Source: an uncultured Gammaproteobacteria bacterium (GTDB lineage: Bacteria; Patescibacteriota; Patescibacteriia; Patescibacteriales; UBA12465). From it: a stretch of DNA of 64,000 nucleotides. The notes under the pieces are model-generated. The model was not told where the DNA came from and did not search any database. It was given only the letters and a program-made list of their open reading frames with translations. The stretch lies in assembly GCA_964470695.1 (NCBI GenBank), contig CAYYDR010000001.1, positions 529,997-593,996 of the forward strand, read 5' to 3'. The position numbers and the translations under genes are program-made. Position 1 is the stretch's first letter. Each line of letters starts with the position of its first letter. Positions 18,557 through 26,652 of this stretch are shown piece by piece.

Positions 18557-18585
18557 ATATTAATATTATATTAGATATTTGTCAA
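18557..18585 (-). promoter_or_regulatory. candidate promoter of the small basic-protein gene
   Basis: Minus strand: TTGACA (18585-18580), 17-nt spacer, TAATAT (18562-18557). Confidence 0.4.
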
Positions 18586-18591
18586 TATTAT

Positions 18592-18623
18592 AAAAAACCA
18601 GGCATAAACATGTCTGGTTTTTT
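18592..18623. terminator. hairpin with flanking A/T runs downstream of the cca-PPIase-HiPIP-like string
   Basis: AAAAAACCAG (18592-18601) pairs with CTGGTTTTTT (18614-18623). Confidence 0.5.
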
Positions 18624-18645
18624 ATTTTGGGCAAAGTTCTGTTAT

Positions 18646-18813
18646 TTAATCTCGTGACTTAAAATAGTCACAATGCGCTGTTGGCGCCACTTCTCCCTTG
18701 GCTTCACTGCAATAGCCAACATTGTCTTTTATCTCAAAACTAGTACATTTAGAGCACTGAGTCTCTTCATTGTCCCAGTCAATGGTATATTCGGCGTCGC
18801 TTTCTGGCCGCAT
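18646..18813 (-). CDS. HiPIP-like small 4-Cys protein (55 aa, below ORF-track cutoff)
   Basis: Own translation: MRPESDAEYTIDWDNEETQCSKCTSFEIKDNVGYCSEAKGEVAPTAHCDYFKSRD. The pattern CxxCxxF-x8-GxC-x4-GxV-x5-C-x-[YF] resembles high-potential iron-sulfur proteins. The ATG (18813) lies 1 nt after the PPIase stop (18815). Confidence 0.55.
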   Translation of the reverse strand: MRPESDAEYTIDWDNEETQCSKCTSFEIKDNVGYCSEAKGEVAPTAHCDYFKSRD

Positions 18814-18814
18814 A

Positions 18815-19585
18815 TTATTTTAATAATTCTATGCTATTGATCACCACATCAGCTAGCGGCCTATCATTAGCGCCAGTAGCCACGCCTTCAATTTTTTTAA
18901 CAATATCCATGCCTGAAACAACTTCACCAAAATTAGTATGATGACCATCTAACCAAGGAGTTTCCGGGGCGGTGACAATAAAGAATTGTGAACCATTAGT
19001 CCCTGGCCCGGCATTAGCCATCGCAAAGCTACCTAATACTAATTTATGAGTATTAATTTCATCTTTAAACTGGTAACCTGGGCCACCAGTGCCCCAGGCT
19101 GAAGAGTCTGACTCCTTGCTTAAAGGATCACCACCCTGAATCATAAAATCCTTAATAATACGATGAAATTTAACACCGTTGTAGAAGCCACTCTTGGCTA
19201 AGTTTAAAAAATTGTTAACAGTTACTGGGGAGTCGGCGCCATAAAATTTAACTTTTATGTCACCCTGATTGGTTTTAATAATAGCCTGGGAATATTCTTT
19301 AAGAAGATTCTCCTGCTGGTCTGGGCTGACTGGCATAGTGGTTTTATTTTCAACCGGCGTCGGAACAGTCACCGTCCCAGGGACTGATGTTGCTGTTTCT
19401 GAGGCTGGTGCGGCCACGCTAGGCGTTTCCGCTGATTTATTATTTTCGTTTTGAGAAGCAGATTCCTCCGTATTTTCTGTTTCCGGAATATAGCTATTTT
19501 TACTGGATTTGTCATCCGACTTAGAACAAGCGGATAAAGAAATAGTTAGCCCTAAAATGGCTAAAATCAAAAAGATTTTCTTCAT
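18815..19585 (-). CDS. cyclophilin-type peptidyl-prolyl isomerase, lipoprotein
   Basis: Lipobox LSACS, S/T/P-rich linker, FHRIIKDFMIQGGDP ... GSQFFI. Confidence 0.92.
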   Translation of the reverse strand: MKKIFLILAILGLTISLSACSKSDDKSSKNSYIPETENTEESASQNENNKSAETPSVAAPASETATSVPGTVTVPTPVENKTTMPVSPDQQENLLKEYSQAIIKTNQGDIKVKFYGADSPVTVNNFLNLAKSGFYNGVKFHRIIKDFMIQGGDPLSKESDSSAWGTGGPGYQFKDEINTHKLVLGSFAMANAGPGTNGSQFFIVTAPETPWLDGHHTNFGEVVSGMDIVKKIEGVATGANDRPLADVVINSIELLK

Positions 19586-19614
19586 AATTTTTTATTTAAA
19601 TTTATTATTGAAAT

Positions 19615-21072
19615 TTAAACTTTAAACTGCCTTTTAATACTTTTATCTTCCTCCTGCCGCTTTTCTTCTATTACTTCCTTAGCTTTAACCCTTAATTCCT
19701 CTAACTCTAAATCGGCCAATTCCCTAGAGCGTTTTTCTAATAAATTTTCCACGTTCAACTCCGGATCCTCAATTACTTCGCTTAATAATACGTCTAAAAT
19801 TGCCCCTATCTTCGGGCCGGGAGCGATGCCCAAAATATTCATTAAACGATCGCCATTTATTTTTAACATCTTAACAGAGACTGGATCATTTTGGACCTTT
19901 TCTAGCATGTACTGGAGATGACGGAGCTTATAAGGCATAGCCTTAGGCGTACCGGAACCTAATCTATCGCCAACTCGCAAATGAATAAGGTCCTGTAAAT
20001 TTTCCCGGCCGACTTTTACTATTAAACGTCTAACCGAGGCGGCCGTAACCTCTCCGACATTATAATAAAACATGTGATTCTTAACCAGATTAACTACGCG
20101 ATATCTATCTTCATTAGAAAATTTCAGGCGAGTCATTATTTTATCAACCATTTTAGCGCCTAAATATTCATGATTATAAAAAGTCGCGACCCCTTTGATT
20201 ACTTTATGGGTTTTAGGCTTAGCCACGTCATGCAACAAAGCGGCTAAGCGAACCGGCCATTCCGAGCTCGGACAAAATTTCATTGTCAAAACATTATGTT
20301 GAAAGACGGGATAGAGATGATGACGCGCGGGGGCCACCTTTAGACCCTGCTCTAATTCGGGCAATATGTATTGTAATAGTTTACACTCCTGGAGAAGCAT
20401 TATTCCTTCTGAGGGACGGCTAGAACTTAAAATTTTAATTAACTCATCACGGATCCTTTCTGGGGAAACAAATTTTAAACTGCCAGCTAGTTTAACGATT
20501 GCCCTTTGAGTCTTCGGCTCTAATTCAAAACCTAGCTGAGCGCTAAAACGAACTGCTCTGAGCATTCGCAAGGCATCTTCCTTAAATCTATCGCTAGGCT
20601 CGCCAACGGCTCTAATAATTTTATGTTTGATATCTTTCTGCCCGCCAAAAAGATCAATCACTTCCTCCGGCTTAACGGGATTAACGGCTAAAGCATTGAT
20701 GGTAAAGTCGCGACGCTCCAAATCTTTATCTAATTCTGTTTCAAATTTTACTTCATCAGGATGGCGACGATCAGAGTAGCCTTGTTCGCTGCGATAAGTA
20801 GTTATTTCTACCACATCCTCTAGTTCTCCTTTAACCCCTTTCTCTTGGCTAGGAGACCTAACCGGCAATAAAACTGTGCCAAAAACATTCTCATATTTAG
20901 CATCTTTAAGAACAGTTAAAATTTGCTCTGGCCTGGCGCTCGTCGTAATGTCCCAGTCTTTTGGCTCCTTACCCAAAAAAATATCACGGACGCAGCCACC
21001 AACAATATAGGCCTCGTAGCCCGAGGCCTGCAGATCTTCAGCTATTTTTTTGATATAAACTGGAATGGTCAT
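19615..21072 (-). CDS. cca: CCA-adding tRNA nucleotidyltransferase with HD domain
   Basis: GGCVRD ... DWDI head domain, RDFTINA, then an HD region (LLHDVAKP). Confidence 0.9.
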   Translation of the reverse strand: MTIPVYIKKIAEDLQASGYEAYIVGGCVRDIFLGKEPKDWDITTSARPEQILTVLKDAKYENVFGTVLLPVRSPSQEKGVKGELEDVVEITTYRSEQGYSDRRHPDEVKFETELDKDLERRDFTINALAVNPVKPEEVIDLFGGQKDIKHKIIRAVGEPSDRFKEDALRMLRAVRFSAQLGFELEPKTQRAIVKLAGSLKFVSPERIRDELIKILSSSRPSEGIMLLQECKLLQYILPELEQGLKVAPARHHLYPVFQHNVLTMKFCPSSEWPVRLAALLHDVAKPKTHKVIKGVATFYNHEYLGAKMVDKIMTRLKFSNEDRYRVVNLVKNHMFYYNVGEVTAASVRRLIVKVGRENLQDLIHLRVGDRLGSGTPKAMPYKLRHLQYMLEKVQNDPVSVKMLKINGDRLMNILGIAPGPKIGAILDVLLSEVIEDPELNVENLLEKRSRELADLELEELRVKAKEVIEEKRQEEDKSIKRQFKV

Positions 21073-21084
21073 CTTAAAATTTAT

Positions 21085-22845
21085 CTAAAATAAGAAATTA
21101 AAAATTGATTTTTTATTACTAGCTGTAGTTAAAACTGAGCCAGTCGTCTTATTAAATTTAGTATGTAAAACCCGCGCTGTCAAATGGTTCTCTTTAGCCC
21201 AATTATAATAGTCAGTCATCGCTTTATTTTCATGGGCCCGGCGCACTGTTCGGCTAGCATCAATTTTATATAATCCCTCCATCCTTTTTTGACGAATTGC
21301 CTTAGTGGTTGGTAGGGGTTGCCCGCCGCCGCCTAAGCAGCCCCCCGGACAGGCCATCACTTCTATGTAATGATATTTTTTTAACTTTGGTAAAACACGA
21401 TGAAAATTTCCCAGGCCATTTACTACGCCGATTTTTAATTTACGGCCGGCTAGCTCAAAAGAGGCCTCTTTAAAACCAGTCAAACCACGCACCTCTTTAA
21501 ACTCTAAGCGATCAATTTTAGATTTAAGAGTTTTCTTTGTTCTAGCCTTATTATTTAAAAGAGAAACCGTTGTTCTTAAGGCTGACTCCATGACCCCGCC
21601 TGAAGCAGCATAAATAGCCGCGGCGCCAGAGCCTTTATTAAATAAAGGAATCCCCTCGCTGTCGGGCAACTTTTTAAAATCAATCTGATAGCGTTTAATT
21701 AAAAAGGCTAATTCGCGAGCAGTTAAAACATGATCAACCAAGGGGCGGCCATTAATCCCTAATTCCGGACGAGCCGCTTCATATTTTTTAGCGGTACAAG
21801 GCACAATAGAAACCACGACAATATTCTTAGGATTAAACTTATTTTTTTTAGCCCAATAAGTTTTTATAGCGCCCGCGCTATGAATATGAGGGGATCGGGC
21901 AGTCGTTAAATGAGGAATGAGTTCGGGGTGATAATATTCAACATAAGCGACCCAGGCCGGACAACAAGAAGTAGTCATGGGCCAAACCGCTTTTTTATTA
22001 TTCAGCCTTTCCACTAATTCCTCGGCCTCGGTCATGGTGGTAATGTCGGCCCCAAAATTAATATCAGTAACGTAATTAAAACCCAATTTTTTCAAAGCCG
22101 TATAAATTTTCCCCTCGCAATTAGCGCCATAAGGCAAGCCGAATTCTTCGCCCAAACTAACTCTAACGGCCGGGGCGAACTGAGCCACCACTATTTTACT
22201 TTTATCCTTAAGGGCTTTTTCAACGGCCGGCCAAGCGCTTTGCTCCTGGGCAGAAGCCGATGGGCAATGCAAAGCGCATTGGCCGCAATAAACGCAAGCG
22301 CTCTTATTATCGCGATTAGGCACTATTTCCTGATTAATCCCCGTCCCTGCTATTTTTAGATAACTAATACCCTGCTTATCGCAGGCCTCAACGCAATTGC
22401 GACAATCAATACACTGCTCACCATCTATTTCCACGGCATTAGCAAAGCGGTAAATCTTACGCTGTTTTTTACGATTAACTAAGCGATCAGATTTAACCTT
22501 ATATTTCTTAGCTAAATTAAGTAGCTCGCAGTCATGAACCGAAATACAGTCAGCGCACTTTTTAGTGTGAGTAGCGAATAATAATTCTAAATTAGTAGCC
22601 CTAGCCTTCTTAACGCGCGGGCTATCAGTATATATTTCTAAGCCCTCCTGTGCCAAAGTAGAACAGGCGGTTGCTAGCCTGTCATGGCCTTTAATTTCTA
22701 CGACGCAGATGCGGCAATTAGCCTTGATTTCTAGATCTGGATGATAACACAGAGCAGGAATTTTTATTCCCTCTTGACGAGCAATTTCAATGATAGTCTG
22801 GCCGCTAGAAGCGGTAACTACCTTGTCATTAATTCTTAACTTCAT
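21085..22845 (-). CDS. hydA: [FeFe]-hydrogenase catalytic subunit (HydA/HndD-like, M3-type architecture)
   Basis: N-terminal 2Fe-2S (CYHPDL...CRICVVE...C). His-ligated cluster HTKKCADCISVHDC. Two ferredoxin motifs, CIDCRNCVEAC and CVYCGQCALHCP. H-cluster motifs L1 TSCCPAW, L2 VPCTAKKYE and L3 EVMACPGGCLGGGGQP are all intact. Confidence 0.9.
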   Translation of the reverse strand: MKLRINDKVVTASSGQTIIEIARQEGIKIPALCYHPDLEIKANCRICVVEIKGHDRLATACSTLAQEGLEIYTDSPRVKKARATNLELLFATHTKKCADCISVHDCELLNLAKKYKVKSDRLVNRKKQRKIYRFANAVEIDGEQCIDCRNCVEACDKQGISYLKIAGTGINQEIVPNRDNKSACVYCGQCALHCPSASAQEQSAWPAVEKALKDKSKIVVAQFAPAVRVSLGEEFGLPYGANCEGKIYTALKKLGFNYVTDINFGADITTMTEAEELVERLNNKKAVWPMTTSCCPAWVAYVEYYHPELIPHLTTARSPHIHSAGAIKTYWAKKNKFNPKNIVVVSIVPCTAKKYEAARPELGINGRPLVDHVLTARELAFLIKRYQIDFKKLPDSEGIPLFNKGSGAAAIYAASGGVMESALRTTVSLLNNKARTKKTLKSKIDRLEFKEVRGLTGFKEASFELAGRKLKIGVVNGLGNFHRVLPKLKKYHYIEVMACPGGCLGGGGQPLPTTKAIRQKRMEGLYKIDASRTVRRAHENKAMTDYYNWAKENHLTARVLHTKFNKTTGSVLTTASNKKSIFNFLF

Positions 22846-23582
22846 TATTTTTTAATCTTTACTAAATCCTGATACATCTGGTAAGTAAACAACATATAAA
22901 TAGGACCGATTAAATAGCTCACGATTTGAATAACGATCCCCCAAATAGCCGCGAATAAGCTATTAGCTGGAGCAAAACTCAAAGGGATGGCAATAATTAC
23001 CATAAACAGCCAGGCAACTAATCCTAATAAAAGGAAGCGTCCAAAAATAGCCCACCAATAACCTCTTACTAACTCCTGGCTTCTTTTGACAGCGTCAAAA
23101 TCTCTTTTATTTTCAAAAACAAAAGCATAAATAGTAAAACAGTAGAATACCGAAAAAATTATGGCCGGAATAACTAAGGCTAAAAACCAAAGCAACATCA
23201 GGATGGTGGTCAGAGAAACGATGGCAATGTACGACCAAAAATACTTGGCGGATTCTTTATAAATATCTAATTCTTTTCCAACATACTCCTTCTTAATTAG
23301 AATGAACATCGCCAAATAAACTCTAATAGCAAAATAAATAGCCAAAATAACCGCCCAAAAACCAAGGAAACCGCCGATAATCATAAAAGGAAGCGACTCC
23401 TCTAGTCCAGCTAATAAACCGAGTCCCAAAATTAAGCCAAAAGCCAGAATCGGCGCTAAAGTAAAGACTAGTCCCCAGAGATAAAGGCGTGCAAATTTTA
23501 TTAAATTTTTCCACCAAGTTTTAAGCGCGGTTTCAAAATTTTCAAAAACCGGTCTTAACTTAGCTTTTTTTTCTTCGGCCAT
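22845..23582 (-). CDS. polytopic membrane protein of unknown function embedded between hydrogenase subunits
   Basis: 245 aa with about 6 TM helices. Its TAA shares one nucleotide with the hydA ATG (TAATG at 22847-22843). Its start lies 10 nt after the NuoF-like stop. Confidence 0.7.
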   Translation of the reverse strand: MAEEKKAKLRPVFENFETALKTWWKNLIKFARLYLWGLVFTLAPILAFGLILGLGLLAGLEESLPFMIIGGFLGFWAVILAIYFAIRVYLAMFILIKKEYVGKELDIYKESAKYFWSYIAIVSLTTILMLLWFLALVIPAIIFSVFYCFTIYAFVFENKRDFDAVKRSQELVRGYWWAIFGRFLLLGLVAWLFMVIIAIPLSFAPANSLFAAIWGIVIQIVSYLIGPIYMLFTYQMYQDLVKIKK

Positions 23583-23592
23583 AGGATTACAA

Positions 23593-24621
23593 TTAATTTT
23601 TTAATATATTATTAAAATAACTTTTTAAGGGAACTGGTAATGAAGCACCCAAGGCACAGAAGCTTGATTCTTCTAGAGTGCTAATAATTTCCCAGAATAA
23701 CTTTTTATCAAAATTTTTAGCATTAATAATTTCGTCCAATCTATACGTTCCTTCGCGGCAGACCGTACACTGGCCGCAGCTTTGTTCTCTATAAAATTTT
23801 AACCAGTATTTAAGCAGCTTATCGTGATTAGTTTTTTTCTTATCATAAACCATGATAGACCCGGCCCCTTCTACGGGGCGCTCCAGCTGAGTACTATCTA
23901 AAACTTCGCCGCTAGCCTCTCCGCCTACTTGGACAAAAAATTGATCTTTAGGAAGATTGTTTGTCTGGCGCAGAACCTCCTCAATCATTAAATGAGCAGA
24001 CAAATCATAAACACCAGGACGCTTAACCGAGCCAGTAACGGTATAAAATCTTTTCTCATGATATTTATCCTGATCCACCAGACTGACATTATATAAAGTC
24101 TCAATATTATTAATCAGGGTCGGGGCGCCATGCAAGCCATGCTCGGTCGGATAAGGCGGCTTAAGGCGAGGCTCTGCTCTTTTCCCTTCTAATAAATTAC
24201 AGATAGCTGTCTCTTCACCGCTAATATAAGTTAAATTTTCAGGCTTAACAAAAAATTCTATCTTTTGCCTCAAGGCGAAAAACTTTTTAACTTCTAAAAG
24301 CTTTTTTAATTTTACCGCCGAATCATTATAGGCATGGCGGTTCAAAAATATATATATCTTTTTTATTTTAATCGGACCTAAAAACTGATCAGCTAAATAA
24401 AGACCATTTAAAACTTCTTCGGGAAAATGACTGAGAATATAGGCGTCTTTTTTTATTCCCGGCTCACCCTCGGCCCCGTTAGCAATAATATAGCCGATTT
24501 TCTTGCTAGCCAAGGCTTTTTTAACTGCCAGCCATTTACTAGCCGTGGGATATGAGGCTCCCCCTCGCCCGACTAGGCCAGCGTTAGAAATTTTATTAAT
24601 GATATTATTAGTTTTCGGCAT
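23593..24621 (-). CDS. NuoF/HydB-like flavoprotein subunit (short form, 342 aa)
   Basis: GRGGASYPTASKW (FMN site), NGAEGEPGIKKD (NADH-site-like), 4Fe-4S N3-type motif SCGQCTVCREG ... FCALG. It lacks the extra ferredoxin and thioredoxin-like domains of long HydB/HndC proteins. Confidence 0.85.
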   Translation of the reverse strand: MPKTNNIINKISNAGLVGRGGASYPTASKWLAVKKALASKKIGYIIANGAEGEPGIKKDAYILSHFPEEVLNGLYLADQFLGPIKIKKIYIFLNRHAYNDSAVKLKKLLEVKKFFALRQKIEFFVKPENLTYISGEETAICNLLEGKRAEPRLKPPYPTEHGLHGAPTLINNIETLYNVSLVDQDKYHEKRFYTVTGSVKRPGVYDLSAHLMIEEVLRQTNNLPKDQFFVQVGGEASGEVLDSTQLERPVEGAGSIMVYDKKKTNHDKLLKYWLKFYREQSCGQCTVCREGTYRLDEIINAKNFDKKLFWEIISTLEESSFCALGASLPVPLKSYFNNILKN

Positions 24622-24653
24622 TCTGATGTTTTACTTTAATATCTTGAATTAGC

Positions 24654-25385
24654 TTATCGCGCTGTCCAGCCGCCATCAACATAAATTACTGTGCCAGTTA
24701 CATATTTAGAATCGTCGCTAGCTAAATATAAAGCCGCTTGAGCGATATCATTAGGCTCACCGACATAGCCCAGTGGTGTATTATCTTTAACCATTTTCTG
24801 AAAAACTTCATTTTCTAAAACTCCCTTGGTCATATTAGTAGCGATAAAACCAGGTGCTATTCCGTTAATTCTGATGCCATACGGAGCTAAATCTAAAGCG
24901 CCGGCATGAGTTAACTGGACTACTCCGCCCTTAGAAGAACTATAAGAAACTGTACTGGCCAAGCCAACTTTGCCTAAAATAGAGCTCATATTAATAATAC
25001 TACCCTTAATGCCCGCTGTTTTCATTATATTAGCAGCGGCCCGAGAACCATAAAATACGCCCGATAAGTTAACGCCTATCACTTTAGCCCAGGCGTCGTC
25101 AGTTGTATCTAATAGGCTGCCCAGAGCGCCAATACCAGCATTGTTAACCATGATATCTAAATGTCCGAATTTATCTAAAGCGGTTTTAACTAAAGCATTA
25201 ACAGCCGCTGGGTCAGAAACATCGCATTTTACAAATATCGCCTTAGAGGAATCTAAGGCTAGGCCGCCATCATTAACATCAGAATAAACTACTTTAGCGC
25301 CTTCGGCTACAAACAGGTTGGCAATTGCTAAACCGATACCAGACGAAGCACCGGTTACTACCGCCACTTTATTATCTAATTTCAT
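24654..25385 (-). CDS. SDR family NAD(P)-dependent oxidoreductase
   Basis: TGASSGIG, NNAG, catalytic S...YSSSK. Confidence 0.9.
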   Translation of the reverse strand: MKLDNKVAVVTGASSGIGLAIANLFVAEGAKVVYSDVNDGGLALDSSKAIFVKCDVSDPAAVNALVKTALDKFGHLDIMVNNAGIGALGSLLDTTDDAWAKVIGVNLSGVFYGSRAAANIMKTAGIKGSIINMSSILGKVGLASTVSYSSSKGGVVQLTHAGALDLAPYGIRINGIAPGFIATNMTKGVLENEVFQKMVKDNTPLGYVGEPNDIAQAALYLASDDSKYVTGTVIYVDGGWTAR

Positions 25386-25429
25386 ATTATTATTAATAAG
25401 AACTGCTAATAATATTTCTTCGCTAAAAT

Positions 25430-25477
25430 GATTTCTGTGGCAAAAACTCTCTTTGTTCGTTTTTGCTCTACGAAATC
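25430..25477 (-). terminator. imperfect long hairpin between gap and the SDR gene (weak terminator or processing/attenuation site)
   Basis: GATTTC/GAAATC (25430-35 with 25472-77) and GCAAAAAC/GTTTTTGC (25440-47 with 25459-66), with an internal loop. Only a short U-tract follows on the minus strand. Confidence 0.35.
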
Positions 25478-25517
25478 ATATACGCTCAGAAACATTATTA
25501 TCATTTCTAAATTATTC

Positions 25518-26528
25518 TTAAATAAACTTTTTTAAATAATCAGCCAGTTCCACAAAACGGTTAGAATAGCCCCATTCATTGTCATACCAGGAAATTACTT
25601 TCAATAAATCGCCACCGACAATTTTAGTAGTCTTTAAATCAACAATAGCACTGTGAGAATTGCCAATAATATCAGACGAAACTAATTCCTCGTTAGAAGC
25701 TTCAATAATTCCGCGCATCTTACCGCGAGCCGCTTTAACAAAAGCTTTATTAATGGCCTCAACAGTGGTTTTTTTATTCAATAAATAAACGGTATCGCAA
25801 AGCGAACCAACTGGCGTAGGGACTCGGACCGCTAAACCATCAAATTTATCTTTTAAGGATGGGATGGTTTCGGTTGTGGCGATAGCAGCGCCAGTCGTAG
25901 TCGGAATCATATTAACTGCTGCCGCTCGCGCCCGGCGCAAATCTTTATGCGGCCCATCAACTAAATTCTGATCCGCGGTGTAAGAATGAACCGTGGTCAT
26001 AATCGCCTTCTTAATACCAAAGGCATCCTTAATAACTTTAGTTACCGGTGCTAAACAATTAGTCGTACATGACGCCGCTGATAATAAATGATCATTTTTA
26101 GTGACTTTATCTAAATTAACGCCAGGAACAATAGTCTTAACTCCGCCCTTTTTAGCCGGAGCTGATAAAACCACTTTCTTAGCTCCTGCTTTAAGATGTA
26201 AGCTAAGACCTTCTTTATTAGTAAAACGGCCAGTACATTCAAGAACTATATCAACCTTCATGGCCTTCCAGGGCAGTTCACTAGGATCTTTAACAGCCAA
26301 GACTGGTATCTTTTGGCCGTTAATAATTAAGGCGTCTTTAGTGGCGCTAATTTTTTGTTCAGTGGAACCATAGCAAGAATCATATTTCAAAAGATGGGCT
26401 AAAGTAGCCGGGTCGGTTAAATCATTAATTGCTACCACATTTAAATGAGGAAAACGCATCCAAATGACCTTCAAAGCAGCACGACCGATTCGGCCAAAGC
26501 CATTAATAGCAATATTGATTTTTTTCAT
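25518..26528 (-). CDS. gap: type I glyceraldehyde-3-phosphate dehydrogenase
   Basis: INGFGRIGR; catalytic SCTTNCLAP; WYDNEWGYS. Confidence 0.96.
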   Translation of the reverse strand: MKKINIAINGFGRIGRAALKVIWMRFPHLNVVAINDLTDPATLAHLLKYDSCYGSTEQKISATKDALIINGQKIPVLAVKDPSELPWKAMKVDIVLECTGRFTNKEGLSLHLKAGAKKVVLSAPAKKGGVKTIVPGVNLDKVTKNDHLLSAASCTTNCLAPVTKVIKDAFGIKKAIMTTVHSYTADQNLVDGPHKDLRRARAAAVNMIPTTTGAAIATTETIPSLKDKFDGLAVRVPTPVGSLCDTVYLLNKKTTVEAINKAFVKAARGKMRGIIEASNEELVSSDIIGNSHSAIVDLKTTKIVGGDLLKVISWYDNEWGYSNRFVELADYLKKFI

Positions 26529-26610
26529 ATGGATATAAAAAATTAATAAATTATTTATGGACTAATTATAGCATATTTATTAAAAATCTTAAAATTAGAT
26601 TGAACAACAA

Positions 26611-26636
26611 AAAACCGCTCCTAGGAGCGGTTTTTT
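26611..26636. terminator. bidirectional intrinsic terminator downstream of ricT
   Basis: Perfect 16-nt palindrome CCGCTCCTAGGAGCGG (26615-26630), flanked by an A-run and a T-run. Confidence 0.65.
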
Positions 26637-26652
26637 ATATTAACAAATGTTT

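Noticed and set aside
25386-25517. Small ORFs (32-35 aa) in the gap-SDR intergenic region
   Set aside because: There is no RBS and no recognisable motif. The region is better explained by the long imperfect hairpin.
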